From positions 29,423-80,958 of the forward strand of contig MHIE01000003.1 of NCBI GenBank assembly GCA_001817345.1: a DNA stretch of 51,536 bases, given 5' to 3'. Position numbers and translations under genes: made by a program. The DNA comes from Candidatus Buchananbacteria bacterium RIFCSPHIGHO2_01_FULL_44_11. Lineage in GTDB: Bacteria; Patescibacteriota; Patescibacteriia; Buchananbacterales; UBA6539. The notes below the pieces were generated by a model. The model saw nothing but the letters and a program-made list of their open reading frames with translations. It was not told where the DNA came from and did not search any database. Every line of letters starts with the position of its first letter. Positions within the stretch are counted from its first letter, which is position 1. Of this stretch, positions 19,769-29,664 are shown in pieces.

Positions 19769-20005
19769 ATGGCCCAAAACAAAAATACCTCTCCCAGCAA
19801 AGAATTCATCGAAATCGATGGTGAGGTGACAGAACTATTACCCGCCGCCAGTTTCAAAATCAAATTGGAAAATGGCCACGAAATCCTCGCCCATTTGTCC
19901 GGCCGAATGAGAATGAACCAGATCAGAATTTTGCCTGGCGACAAAGTTAAAGTCCAAATGACCCCTTATGATTTAACCAAAGGGAGAATCACTTATCGTT
20001 ATTAA
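19769..20005 (+). CDS. infA: Translation initiation factor IF-1
   Basis: [33 protein letters not shown]. Confidence 0.97.
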   Translation: MAQNKNTSPSKEFIEIDGEVTELLPAASFKIKLENGHEILAHLSGRMRMNQIRILPGDKVKVQMTPYDLTKGRITYRY

Positions 20006-20008
20006 AAT

Positions 20009-20122
20009 ATGAAAGTTAGAGCTTCGGTAAAAAAAATGTGCGCCAACTGTAAAGTCGTCCGCCGCAAAAAACGAGTTTATATCATTTGTAAAAATCCTAA
20101 GCATCATCAAAGACAGGGATAA
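20009..20122 (+). CDS. rpmJ: 50S ribosomal protein L36, absent from the ORF track
   Basis: [37 protein letters not shown]. Confidence 0.97.
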   Translation: MKVRASVKKMCANCKVVRRKKRVYIICKNPKHHQRQG

Positions 20123-20146
20123 TAATTTGTATTGAGTAAAACATTT

Positions 20147-20536
20147 ATGGCTAGAATCGCTGGCATCAACTTACCAAAAGATAAAAGAGTGGAGATTGGT
20201 CTAACCTATATTTTTGGTATTGGTCGCCACTTGTCCGATCAAATTTTAAAACAAGTCCAGATCGACAAAAATAAAAAGGTTCAAGATTTAGACGATCAGG
20301 AAGTCAGCCGACTTCGGGAAATTATTGAAAAAAATTATAAGGTTGAAGGAGAGTTAAAAAGAGAGGTCTTGCTGAATATTAAAAGATTAAAAGAAATCGG
20401 TTCTTACCGCGGCTCTAGGCACGCGAAGAATTTACCAGTCAGAGGCCAAAGAACCAAAACCAACAGCCGAACCGTCAGGGGTAACGTCCGCAAAACCATG
20501 GGTTCCGGCCGCAAACCGACTGCCCAAAAAACCTAA
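20147..20536 (+). CDS. rpsM: 30S ribosomal protein S13
   Basis: [29 protein letters not shown]. Confidence 0.97.
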   Translation: MARIAGINLPKDKRVEIGLTYIFGIGRHLSDQILKQVQIDKNKKVQDLDDQEVSRLREIIEKNYKVEGELKREVLLNIKRLKEIGSYRGSRHAKNLPVRGQRTKTNSRTVRGNVRKTMGSGRKPTAQKT

Positions 20537-20559
20537 GCCGACTAATCAATAATTTAATT

Positions 20560-21030
20560 ATGGCCGAACCAATTACTCAAAATCCAACCATCGCAAAAGT
20601 CGCCGAAACAAAAGAAGCGACTGCCGTGGCGTCAGAAAAACCCAAAGCCGCCACTACCGGCAAAAAAAATAAAGTTAGAAGGCAGGTAGCGCTTGGTAAC
20701 GCTTATGTTCAAGCGACTTATAATAACACCATCATTTCTTTTACCGATGTCAACGGCGACACGCTCACTCAATGTTCAGCCGGACAAGCTGGTTTCAAAG
20801 GGCCAAAGAAATCAACGCCTTACGCCGCTGGCGTGATTGTTAAAAATGCCGCGGAAAAAGCCAAGGCCTGGGGCTTAAGAGAAGTCAGTGTTTTTGTTAA
20901 AGGTGTGGGTTCGGGCCGAGAAGCGGCAATTCGCGCTATTAGTGCCAACGGCATTAACGTCATCGGCATTAAGGATATCACCCCGATTCCTCACAACGGT
21001 TGCCGCGCACGTAAACCGCGACGTGTCTAA
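20560..21030 (+). CDS. rpsK: 30S ribosomal protein S11 with an N-terminal extension
   Basis: ATYNNTII, GFKGPKKSTPYAA, DITPIPHNGCR. Confidence 0.97.
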   Translation: MAEPITQNPTIAKVAETKEATAVASEKPKAATTGKKNKVRRQVALGNAYVQATYNNTIISFTDVNGDTLTQCSAGQAGFKGPKKSTPYAAGVIVKNAAEKAKAWGLREVSVFVKGVGSGREAAIRAISANGINVIGIKDITPIPHNGCRARKPRRV

Positions 21031-21045
21031 ATTACTTAATGATTT

Positions 21046-21648
21046 ATGAAAAAATATACAGCTAAAAATTACCGCCGTCTAGGTCTTAGACGAACCGACT
21101 CGCCCAAGGATCCGACTGCTCGCCGGAATTATCCGCCCGGTATCCATGGACCAAAAGGTCACAAACGTTTAACCCAATACGGCAGTCAAATGGCGGAAAA
21201 GCAAAAAGCCAAAGTGATTTATAATATTTTAGAAAGACAGCTGAAAAAATACTACAACAAAGCGATCAAGCAAAAAGGGGATACCGGAATAATCCTGGGT
21301 CAATTAATTGAAATGCGCTTGGATAACGTTATTTACCGCAGCGGACTGGCCAAAACCCGACCCCAGGCTCGTCAACTGGTCAGCCACGGTTTCTTTTTTG
21401 TTAACAACAAAAAGGTGAATATCCCTTCTTACCAAGTTGCAGTTAAAGACGAAATTACAATCCGGCCGAATAAACTGAAGACAAAAATCATTGAGGAAAT
21501 AAAAAAGAACCTGGAAAAACACGTCTGTCCGACTTGGATTTATTTGGAACCAAAAATGCTGACGGTCAAAATCCTGGAAAAACCAAAAGCCGAAGAAATG
21601 GACCAGCGTTTTAGCACCCGACTCATCGTTGAATTTTATTCCCGATAA
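21046..21648 (+). CDS. rpsD: 30S ribosomal protein S4
   Basis: YPPGIHG, EKQKAK, EMRLDNVIYR, ARQLVSHG, IVEFYSR. Confidence 0.97.
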   Translation: MKKYTAKNYRRLGLRRTDSPKDPTARRNYPPGIHGPKGHKRLTQYGSQMAEKQKAKVIYNILERQLKKYYNKAIKQKGDTGIILGQLIEMRLDNVIYRSGLAKTRPQARQLVSHGFFFVNNKKVNIPSYQVAVKDEITIRPNKLKTKIIEEIKKNLEKHVCPTWIYLEPKMLTVKILEKPKAEEMDQRFSTRLIVEFYSR

Positions 21649-21662
21649 TTATTTAAAAATAT

Positions 21663-22538
21663 ATGGAAAATATATCGCTCCCGGCTAAAATTGAATTCAA
21701 GCCAACTGAGAAAAAAAATGAATCGGTGATTATGATTCAACCCTGCCACCCTGGTTTTGGCACAACCCTGGGCAACGCTTTAAGGCGGGTTCTGCTTTCC
21801 TCTTTGCCCGGTGCCGCGGTGACCGCTTTTAAAATCAAAGGTGTCCAGCATGAATTTAGCGCCATTAATAACATCAAAGAAGACGTGGTTCAAATTTCTT
21901 TGAACTTAAAGCAGCTCCGCGTCAAAGTCTACAGCGCTGAACCAGTCAAATTAGTCTTAAAAGCCAAGGGAGAAAAGAAGGCCACCGGTAAAGACATTGA
22001 GCCTAACGCCAGTGTTGAAGTGATTAATAAAGACCTGGTGATCGCCAACTTAACCGGCAAAGACGCCGAGTTAGAAATGGAACTGACCGTCAGCCAGGGC
22101 CGGGGCTACTTGACGGCCGAAAATCAAGACAAGGACGAATTAGAAATCGGCATGATCGCTATTGACTCAATCTTTAGCCCGATCGTTAATGTCGGCTTTA
22201 AAATTGAAAGCGTCCGGGTTGGCCAGATGACTAACTATGAAAATTTGATTTTGACTATTGAGACTGACGGCACAATCAGTCCGGATGACGCTTTAAAACA
22301 AAGTGCCGATATTCTGATAAACCACTTCAATTTTATCCTCAACCAAAATAACAAAACCGCCGATCTCGCCATTGATGACAAAACGTCCGAAGAACTTGAC
22401 GAGGCCAAGCTGGCAGAAAAAGCCGCGAAAAAAGAGGCGAAGAAAAAAGAAAAAGAAGAAAAGGCTAAATTGACGGCCGCGAAAAAAGAGGCGAAGAAAA
22501 AAGAAAAAGAAGAAAAGGCTAAAGAGGAAAAAGAGTAA
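21663..22538 (+). CDS. rpoA: RNA polymerase alpha subunit; NTD intact, CTD replaced by a Lys/Glu/Ala-rich tail
   Basis: GFGTTLGNALRRVLLSSLPG, HEFS, GRGY, IDSIFSP; no CTD motif. Confidence 0.95.
   Translation: MENISLPAKIEFKPTEKKNESVIMIQPCHPGFGTTLGNALRRVLLSSLPGAAVTAFKIKGVQHEFSAINNIKEDVVQISLNLKQLRVKVYSAEPVKLVLKAKGEKKATGKDIEPNASVEVINKDLVIANLTGKDAELEMELTVSQGRGYLTAENQDKDELEIGMIAIDSIFSPIVNVGFKIESVRVGQMTNYENLILTIETDGTISPDDALKQSADILINHFNFILNQNNKTADLAIDDKTSEELDEAKLAEKAAKKEAKKKEKEEKAKLTAAKKEAKKKEKEEKAKEEKE
22422..22523 (+). repeat. Exact 48-bp direct repeat (period 54) in the 3' end of rpoA
   Basis: 22422-22469 equals 22476-22523, encoding AAKKEAKKKEKEEKAK. Confidence 0.9.
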
Positions 22539-22547
22539 TCTATTACC

Positions 22548-22898
22548 ATGAGACACCAAAAAAAGGGAAAAACTTTAGACCGTAAAGCCGCCAGCCGCAA
22601 AGCGCTGTTGCGCGGTTTAGCCAATAATTTTATTATTTACGAAAAAATGAAAACCACCAAGGCGAAAGCTAAGGCGGTCAGGCCACTAGTGGAAAAATTG
22701 ATTACTTTAGCTAAAAAAAATGACTTAAACTCCCGCCGAAGATTAATTAAAGTTTTATACCATAAAAAAGCGGTCAGTAAAGCCCTGGAAGTTCTGGGAC
22801 CGCGTTACCTTGAGAGAAAAGGCGGCTACACCCGAATTATCAAAATTGGCCGCCGCGATGGCGACGCCGCCGAGATGGTCCAAATTGAATTTGTTTAA
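22548..22898 (+). CDS. rplQ: 50S ribosomal protein L17
   Basis: MRHQKK..EKLITLAK..GGYTRIIK..GDAA. Confidence 0.97.
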   Translation: MRHQKKGKTLDRKAASRKALLRGLANNFIIYEKMKTTKAKAKAVRPLVEKLITLAKKNDLNSRRRLIKVLYHKKAVSKALEVLGPRYLERKGGYTRIIKIGRRDGDAAEMVQIEFV

Positions 22899-22900
22899 AT

Positions 22901-23299
22901 ATGATCAAGTTGAAGAATAAAACTAAAAAAATCTCAAAAAAACCGGTTATTAACCGGCAGCATCATAAAATTGACGCCACTAACCTTGCCGTCGGCCGGC
23001 TGGCGACCCAGGTGGCTAGTTTACTGCGGGGCAAAACCAGACCTGATTTTCTACCGCACGTTGACATGGGCGACAATGTCTTGGTGGAAAACATTAAAAA
23101 TTTGAAATTCACCGGCAGAAAACTAGGCCAAAAAGTTTACTACCATCACACCAGCTACCCGGGCGGGCTTAAAACCCAAAAACTGAATGAACTTTTTGCT
23201 AAAAATCCGGCCGAGGTTTTAAAAAAAGCCGTCTGGAACATGCTGCCTAAAAATAAACTCCGGGACAAAATGATTAAAAGATTAACTATCAAAAAATAG
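22901..23299 (+). CDS. rplM: 50S ribosomal protein L13
   Basis: IDA..GRLATQVA..LRGK..PHVDMGD..YPGGLK..MLPKNKL. Confidence 0.96.
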   Translation: MIKLKNKTKKISKKPVINRQHHKIDATNLAVGRLATQVASLLRGKTRPDFLPHVDMGDNVLVENIKNLKFTGRKLGQKVYYHHTSYPGGLKTQKLNELFAKNPAEVLKKAVWNMLPKNKLRDKMIKRLTIKK

Positions 23300-23349
23300 C
23301 TGATTAGGTAACTGCCTACAAGCTACCAGTAATAGCTACAAGCGCAAAT

Positions 23350-23847
23350 ATGGCTAGATCCAAAAAAACTGAGGAAGAAAAAAAAACACCAAAAGCTACG
23401 GTGCCTAAAAAAACCGCTGAACTTGAGAGTAAGCCAGGACAAAAAAAACGGGTTCACTGGACCTATATTTTTGCCGTTGGCCGAAGAAAAAAATCAGTGG
23501 CTCGCGTTCGTCTTCATAAAAACGGCACCGGCAAAATTACTATCAATCAAAAAGATTTTCAACAATACTTTCCAACCCTTGAATTGCAAAGTATCGTCAA
23601 ACAACCACTGGTTGTCACCAGTAAACTCGAAAATTTTGATTTCACCGTTAAAGTAGCCGGCGGCGGCAGTCACGGTCAGGCCGAAGCCTGCCGTCATGGC
23701 ATTGCTCGGGCTTTATTCGCCTTTGATCAGGAATTAAAACCGGCTTTAAAGGCAGAAAAATTACTACGACGCGATCCTCGACGCAAAGAACGAAAAAAAC
23801 CGGGTCTCAAACGAGCGCGGCGGGCACCGCAGTGGTCCAAACGTTAG
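23350..23847 (+). CDS. rpsI: 30S ribosomal protein S9
   Basis: GRRKKSVARV, GGGSHGQA, RDPRRKERKKPGLKRARRAPQWSKR. Confidence 0.97.
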   Translation: MARSKKTEEEKKTPKATVPKKTAELESKPGQKKRVHWTYIFAVGRRKKSVARVRLHKNGTGKITINQKDFQQYFPTLELQSIVKQPLVVTSKLENFDFTVKVAGGGSHGQAEACRHGIARALFAFDQELKPALKAEKLLRRDPRRKERKKPGLKRARRAPQWSKR

Positions 23848-23853
23848 ACTTTC

Positions 23854-23879
23854 AAAACGGGGCGATTGCCCCGTTTTTT
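23854..23879 (+). terminator. Intrinsic terminator of the ribosomal protein operon
   Basis: AAAACGGGGC-GATT-GCCCCGTTTTTT. Confidence 0.85.
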
Positions 23880-23938
23880 GTTTTGACAAAAAAATAGCCG
23901 GGTGAGAAAATGATAGTGACGAAAACTAACTAAAATAT

Positions 23939-24832
23939 ATGAGAAAAATTATCCTGGCCGGCGTTGTCATCTTGCTGGTTATTGCCGGCTTAATCATCGC
24001 CAGAGGCAATGAAGACACCTGGCTTTGCGTTGACGGCCAATGGCTAAAGCATGGCAACCCGACTGCCCCTCAACCCAATACGCCTTGCGCTAAAGCCAAT
24101 ACCACTACACCGCTGGAAAACCAAGAAATTATCGTTGAAACTCCTCAAGCCAACCAAACCGTCAGTAGCCCGATAGAAATTAAGGGTCAGGCGCGCGGCA
24201 ATTGGTATTTTGAAGCTTCATTCCCAATTCAACTGGTTGACGAAAACGGCCAAGAGATTGCCACTGCCATTGCCCAAGCCCAAAGTGACTGGATGACGAC
24301 AAGTTTTGTGCCTTTTGAGTTGAATTTAGATTTTAATGTCCCGACTCTAACGCCGGCAATTTTGATTCTAAAAAAAGACAACCCGTCAGGTTTGCCGGAG
24401 TATGACAAACAAATTGAAATACCCCTTCAACTAACAAAGACGGAAACCACGATTGTTAAGGTATTTTTCAATAATAGCCAGCTGGACCCGGAAGTATCCT
24501 GCAATAAAGTTTTTGGCGTTGAGCGCACTGTCCCAAAAACTCCAGCCGTCGCCCAAGCCGCGCTGACTGAACTGCTTAAAGGCACAACTGAGCAGGAAAA
24601 AACCGAAGGATTTTTTACCAGCATTAACCCGGGCGTAAAAATTCAAAAAATTACCATTGAAAACGGGGTAGCAAAAGTTGATTTTGATCAGCAGCTGGAA
24701 TATGCCATTGGCGGCTCATGCCGCGTGGCCGCGATCAGAGCTCAAATTACTGAGACTTTAAAACAATTTCCTAGTGTTCAGGTGGTAATTATCGCTATTG
24801 ATGGTCGGACTGAAGATATTCTCCAACCTTGA
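23939..24832 (+). CDS. Membrane-anchored protein with Gmad2 Ig-like and GerMN domains
   Basis: N-terminal TM; GQARGNWYFEASFP..KDNPSGLPE; AALTELLKG..GGSCRVAAIRAQITETLKQF. Confidence 0.8.
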   Translation: MRKIILAGVVILLVIAGLIIARGNEDTWLCVDGQWLKHGNPTAPQPNTPCAKANTTTPLENQEIIVETPQANQTVSSPIEIKGQARGNWYFEASFPIQLVDENGQEIATAIAQAQSDWMTTSFVPFELNLDFNVPTLTPAILILKKDNPSGLPEYDKQIEIPLQLTKTETTIVKVFFNNSQLDPEVSCNKVFGVERTVPKTPAVAQAALTELLKGTTEQEKTEGFFTSINPGVKIQKITIENGVAKVDFDQQLEYAIGGSCRVAAIRAQITETLKQFPSVQVVIIAIDGRTEDILQP

Positions 24833-24886
24833 AGTGTCTTGTGTATAAAACTAAAAAAAGGCTTAACCAAGCAAGATAAAAATCTC

Positions 24887-24915
24887 TTGACAAACATTAC
24901 AGAACGGAATAAGAT
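24887..24915 (+). promoter_or_regulatory. Sigma70-type promoter of the candidate ncRNA
   Basis: TTGACA-17-TAAGAT. Confidence 0.7.
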
Positions 24916-24923
24916 TAAGTTAT

Positions 24924-25133
24924 AAAGACTGCGACCGACTGAAGTTTAAATGAAGGGAATAGGGAAAAGAGATATGAGGTTATGGGTGATAGTCCTGGAT
25001 CTTTCGCTGAAGGATTTGGAACCATCACCCAACTAACTTCTTCTCTTCAACAAACAACCCCCCCCCATCCTATATTCTCCCTCCCCTCATGCCTTACGGC
25101 AACTTCTCTCGAAAAAACCTTCGCGGTCTTTTT
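24924..25133 (+). ncRNA. Candidate ~210-nt rod-shaped ncRNA (6S-like)
   Basis: 5' end AAAGACTGCGA pairs with 3' end TCGCGGTCTTT; long apical stem with G-U pairs on the + strand; starts at the predicted TSS. Confidence 0.5.
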
Positions 25134-25203
25134 CATTTGCCTAAAGATTAGGACTTAATTTTAAGGGGTTGGGTTCAGCGGCAAAATTAGGTATAATGAA
25201 GTC

Positions 25204-26634
25204 ATGACCAAAGGCATTCTAGCAAAAAATACGACTTACTTTACCGCCGCTTTAACCGTCCAGAAGATCCTGGCTTTTATTTACTTCTGGTTTATCTCTA
25301 ACGATTTGTTCCCCGGCCAACTGGGCCAGTACGTTTTTGCTTTGTCATTTACCACGTTATTTTCTATTTTGGTCGATTTGGGACTTTCACCGGTCTTGAC
25401 CAGGGAAGCCGCCAAAAATAAAGATCAGGCCAATAATTTTCTTAAAAGCGTCATTGCCTTAAAAATCCCCCTGAGCCTTTTGGCCTTAGCGGCCGCCTGG
25501 CTAGTCATCAACTTGACCGGCAAAGCCGATGAAGTGAAAATTTTAGTCTACCTGGCCAGCTTGATCATGATCCTGGATTCATTCTCTTTGAGTTTCTGGG
25601 TAGTTTTTCGGGCTTTACATAATCTGAAATACGAAAGTATTGCCACTATCCTCGTCCAGATAATTATTTTTGTTTTAGGTTTAACCGCCTTAAAAACTAC
25701 CGGCCAAATCAAACATTTAATCATGGCACTTTTTGTCGCCAGTATTTTCAATTTTTTACTTTCCGCTGGTTTATTGAAAAAAAAATTGAAGTTTTCCCTA
25801 AAACCAAAGTGGGACGCGAAAGTGATTGTTTATTTTTTAAGGATTATCCCGGCCTTTGCTTTGGCGGGAATTTTTGTCAAAATCTACAATACGGCCGATT
25901 CAGTTTTACTCAGTTATTTAGCCTCCGATGAAGCGGTTGGTTTTTTTGCCGTCCCGGCTAAAGTGGTTTATGCTCTCCAACAGATCATCCCAGCGGCGTT
26001 TGCGGCGGTGATTTTCCCAGCCTTCAGTTACTACTATGCCAACGCCAAGGAATTATTGGAACAAACTTTCAACCGAGCCATAAACTATCTACTGATCATC
26101 AGCCTGCCGCTCGCCGCTGGTATTACCGTCTTAGCCCAAACTATTGTCGCGACTGTCTGGCCAAATTATCTGAGCGTTGTGCCAACTTTTATCGTGATGA
26201 CCCTGGCAATTCCTTTTATTTTTTTGGCCTTTCCTACCGGTTATCTACTCAATGCCTGCGACCAGCAAAAAAAAACGACGTTAAACCGCGGTTTAATCAC
26301 CACTTTGGCCGTGGGGTTAAATATTATACTCATTCCTCAATACAGTTTTTTGGGCGCCGGCATCGCTTTTTTAATCACTAATGTGGCTTTATTATTTTTA
26401 GATTTTTTCTGGGTCAGAAAAGTCATCAATCTAAAATCCAGCCGACTGGTTATCGCCCTAGCTAAACCGCTGGGCGCTTCAGCGGTGATGGTAGCAATAT
26501 TAATAACATTCAAAGGATACCTAAACTTGACGATACTAATACCTCTAGGGGTCTTAACTTATTTCTGTACCCTGTATCTAGTCAAAGGGTTGCCGATTGG
26601 CGAAATTAAAAAAGTTTTTAATAGAGGAACTTAA
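25204..26634 (+). CDS. Polysaccharide flippase (Wzx/PST family)
   Basis: 12-14 hydrophobic segments, LVDLGLSPVLTREAA, D-x-VLLS..VGFF. Confidence 0.88.
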   Translation: MTKGILAKNTTYFTAALTVQKILAFIYFWFISNDLFPGQLGQYVFALSFTTLFSILVDLGLSPVLTREAAKNKDQANNFLKSVIALKIPLSLLALAAAWLVINLTGKADEVKILVYLASLIMILDSFSLSFWVVFRALHNLKYESIATILVQIIIFVLGLTALKTTGQIKHLIMALFVASIFNFLLSAGLLKKKLKFSLKPKWDAKVIVYFLRIIPAFALAGIFVKIYNTADSVLLSYLASDEAVGFFAVPAKVVYALQQIIPAAFAAVIFPAFSYYYANAKELLEQTFNRAINYLLIISLPLAAGITVLAQTIVATVWPNYLSVVPTFIVMTLAIPFIFLAFPTGYLLNACDQQKKTTLNRGLITTLAVGLNIILIPQYSFLGAGIAFLITNVALLFLDFFWVRKVINLKSSRLVIALAKPLGASAVMVAILITFKGYLNLTILIPLGVLTYFCTLYLVKGLPIGEIKKVFNRGT

Positions 26635-26638
26635 AAAG

Positions 26639-27823
26639 ATGCCAACTTTAATCAAAAAAAGTCTACTCATTACCCTTGAGTTCCCGCCGCAGACCGGCGG
26701 GGTAGGCAACTATTACTACAATATCTGCAAAAATTTGCCAGCGGATAAAATTGTCGTCATGGCCCCGGCTGGCGATAAAACCGAACTGTTTGATCGGGAA
26801 CAAAAATTTCCTATCATCCGGCTCAAAAAATTAACGGAAATCAATAGAATCATTAAAGCCGAGGCGGGATTTTTTAGCCGATTGGCTAAAAAATTCAGCT
26901 GGACCGGCTTACTGGGCGACATTAAAAAAATAGTGGTTGAACACAAAATTGAACTGATCCAGGTTGGCCAAATTCTGCCGCTGGGCACGCTGGCCTTAAT
27001 TATGAACAAAAAAACCAAGTTACCATATTTAGTCTATACCCACGGTTTAGACATATTGCTACCCCAGCAGTCTCAACACAAAAAAATAATAATAAAAAAA
27101 ATAATTGCCAAAGCCAAAAACCTCATTGCCAACAGCCAATTTACCGGCGATGAACTAATTAAGCTTGGCGCCGACTCGCAAAAAATCGTCATAGTCAACC
27201 CATGCCCTAATGTTGTTAGCCAAGAAATTTCTGAATGGAAAGTCAATGAAATCAAGGAAGATTATCACCTGAAAGACAAAAAGATTCTTTTAACTGTCGG
27301 CCGGCTGGTCAAAAGAAAAGGTCATGACCTAGTGATTGAAGCCCTGCCTAAAATTCTGGAAAAAGTGCCCGACACGGTTTATTTAATCATTGGCAACGGC
27401 CCCGAACAAAAAAGGCTGGAAACTCTGGCCAACCAAAAAAGTTTGCGCGACCAAGTCCAGTTTTTGACTAACATTACTGACGCCGACTTGCCGGCTTTTT
27501 ACAGCGCCTGCGATGTTTTTGTCATGCCGGCTCGACAAATCGGCCCAGACGTGGAAGGTTTTGGCACGGTTTACTTAGAGGCGAACTTATTCGGCAAACC
27601 AGTCATTGCCGGCCGCAGCGGCGGTATTCCAGAAGCGGTTATTGACCGACAAACTGGCTTATTGGTTGACCCAAAAGACGTAGAAGCCATTGCCGAAGCC
27701 GTGATTAATCTATTGACCAAACCGGAACTCAACGAAAAACTGGGTCTGCAGGGCATGGACCGGGTAATCCAAAACTTTGATTGGCAAAACCAGATAGAAA
27801 AAATTAAAAATATATTGGGTTAA
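26639..27823 (+). CDS. GT4 family glycosyltransferase
   Basis: EFPPQTGGV, LLTVGRLVKRKG, EGFGTVYLEA, SGGIPEAV. Confidence 0.92.
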   Translation: MPTLIKKSLLITLEFPPQTGGVGNYYYNICKNLPADKIVVMAPAGDKTELFDREQKFPIIRLKKLTEINRIIKAEAGFFSRLAKKFSWTGLLGDIKKIVVEHKIELIQVGQILPLGTLALIMNKKTKLPYLVYTHGLDILLPQQSQHKKIIIKKIIAKAKNLIANSQFTGDELIKLGADSQKIVIVNPCPNVVSQEISEWKVNEIKEDYHLKDKKILLTVGRLVKRKGHDLVIEALPKILEKVPDTVYLIIGNGPEQKRLETLANQKSLRDQVQFLTNITDADLPAFYSACDVFVMPARQIGPDVEGFGTVYLEANLFGKPVIAGRSGGIPEAVIDRQTGLLVDPKDVEAIAEAVINLLTKPELNEKLGLQGMDRVIQNFDWQNQIEKIKNILG

Positions 27824-27828
27824 AACTA

Positions 27829-28521
27829 ATGTATATGTCCGAAATTAGCATTGTCGTTCCCGCTTATAACGCCCAAAAAACAATCGCGATTTGCCTGGAT
27901 AGTATTTTTGACCAAACTTTTAAAGATTTTGAAATTATCGTTGTCAACGACGGTTCAACCGATCACACAGAACATATTCTCCAAACCTACCGGGATAAAC
28001 TAAAAATTATCAATCAAAAAAACCGGGGCGCGGCGGCGGCCAGAAATCAGGGCGCGGCGGCGGCCAGCTCGTCTTACATTATTTTCTTTGACGCCGATAT
28101 TATAGCTCAGCCGACTCTGCTGCAAAAAATGCACCAAACACTTTTAAATAACCCGCAGATTTCTTATGCTTATTCGGCTTTTAAATTCGGCTTAAAAACT
28201 TTCCGGCTTTGGCCTTTCGATCCAGCCCGGCTAAAAAAAATGCCTTACATTCACACCACGTCTTTAATCCGCCGCCGGGATTTTCCCGGCTTTGACGAAA
28301 GCCTAAAAAAATTTCAGGACTGGGATTTGTGGCTGACAATGCTAGAAAAAGAACGCATCGGCTGTTTTATTCCTGAGATTTTATTCAGCGTCAGGCCGGG
28401 CGGTGGGATGTCAAAGTGGCTGCCGAAATTTTTTTACCAGCTGCCTTGGTCTAAAAAAATTTCGGCCGTAGAAAGTTACCGCCAGGCCGAAAAAATCATT
28501 AAGCAAAAACATGATTTATGA
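27829..28521 (+). CDS. GT2 family glycosyltransferase
   Basis: SIVVPAYN, VNDGSTD, ARNQG, FFDAD, QDWDLW. Confidence 0.92.
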   Translation: MYMSEISIVVPAYNAQKTIAICLDSIFDQTFKDFEIIVVNDGSTDHTEHILQTYRDKLKIINQKNRGAAAARNQGAAAASSSYIIFFDADIIAQPTLLQKMHQTLLNNPQISYAYSAFKFGLKTFRLWPFDPARLKKMPYIHTTSLIRRRDFPGFDESLKKFQDWDLWLTMLEKERIGCFIPEILFSVRPGGGMSKWLPKFFYQLPWSKKISAVESYRQAEKIIKQKHDL

Positions 28522-28955
28522 GCGTTCAAAACCCGGATTATTTTCAAGTGTCGCTGAAAGTGCTGTTGACGGCTAAAAATAAATGTTTGATTCTCAAAGA
28601 CGTCTCAAAAAGCCGGTACTGGAAAGAAAAATACGATTTACCCGGCGGCCGGATCAATAAAAAAGAAATCGGCCTGGATTTTAGCCAACTAATTAACCGG
28701 GAAGTCCGAGAAGAGCTGGGGACAAAAGTTAGATACAAACTCCGGCACGATCCAGTCGCGCTGTCTAAATGCCGCTATCCAAAAGAACCCAGTAAACTTT
28801 TTATCCTGTTTGAAGCTAAGTATCTGGGCGGCGAAATCAAGATTTCCCCAGAACATTCAGGTTATAAATGGTTTAAAATTACCCGATTCAGCCTCCAAGA
28901 TAACTTCTCGACCGTTTTACAAAAACTCTTAACTAACTACTTAAATTGGAATTAA
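28518..28955 (+). CDS. NUDIX hydrolase
   Basis: DLPGG...REVREELG Nudix box; SPEHSGYKW. Confidence 0.85.
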   Translation: MSVQNPDYFQVSLKVLLTAKNKCLILKDVSKSRYWKEKYDLPGGRINKKEIGLDFSQLINREVREELGTKVRYKLRHDPVALSKCRYPKEPSKLFILFEAKYLGGEIKISPEHSGYKWFKITRFSLQDNFSTVLQKLLTNYLNWN

Positions 28956-28961
28956 CCGTTT

Positions 28962-29639
28962 ATGATGCGCTTACAAAAATTTTTAGCCAACGCCGGCATT
29001 ACCTCGCGCCGCAAAGCTGAAACATTGATTCAATCAGGCAAAATTGAAGTTAACGGCTCAATTGTTAGGGACCTGGGCACAAAAATTGATGAGAACAGTG
29101 ATACGGTCAAATTCGCCAATAGAATCGTCAAGCTAGAAAGTGACAAAATTTATATCGCCCTAAACAAACCAACCGGCTACATCAGCAGCACCGATAGCCA
29201 GCAGGGCAAAACAATTCTAGACATAATCAAAGTCAAAAACCGGGTTTACCCGGTCGGCCGGCTGGACAAAGATTCCAGCGGTTTAATTATTTTAACTAAC
29301 GACGGAGAATTCGCTAACCTGATTACCCACGCCCGCTACGGCTGCCAAAAAGAATACTTTGTGACTTTAGATCAAGATTTGCGGTCCGAGCATATTAAAA
29401 TTTTAGAAAAGGGGATGATTTTAGCCGGCCGCAAACTCCAGCCGGTCAGAGTGACAGCCGCTCAGAATAAATCGGCCAGGATGGTTTTGAGTGAAGGCTT
29501 AAACCGGCAAATCCGCCGGATGCTGGGCAAACTCGGCTATACGGTGATAAAATTAAAAAGAATCAAAATCGGCAAGCTGGAATTGGCGGATTTGGAGCCA
29601 GGCCAGTGGCGCCACATCAAACCCGAAAACGTCATCTGA
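28962..29639 (+). CDS. rRNA pseudouridine synthase (RsuA/RluB family)
   Basis: MRLQKFLA..SRRKAE S4 domain, LNKPTGY, VGRLDKDSSGL, EGLNRQIRRM. Confidence 0.92.
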   Translation: MMRLQKFLANAGITSRRKAETLIQSGKIEVNGSIVRDLGTKIDENSDTVKFANRIVKLESDKIYIALNKPTGYISSTDSQQGKTILDIIKVKNRVYPVGRLDKDSSGLIILTNDGEFANLITHARYGCQKEYFVTLDQDLRSEHIKILEKGMILAGRKLQPVRVTAAQNKSARMVLSEGLNRQIRRMLGKLGYTVIKLKRIKIGKLELADLEPGQWRHIKPENVI

Positions 29640-29664
29640 TTTCTGATTAATATTAATCTGAAGT

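Noticed and set aside
24924-25133. SRP (4.5S) RNA
   Set aside because: Lacks the helix-8 CAGG..GGAA..AGCAG signature
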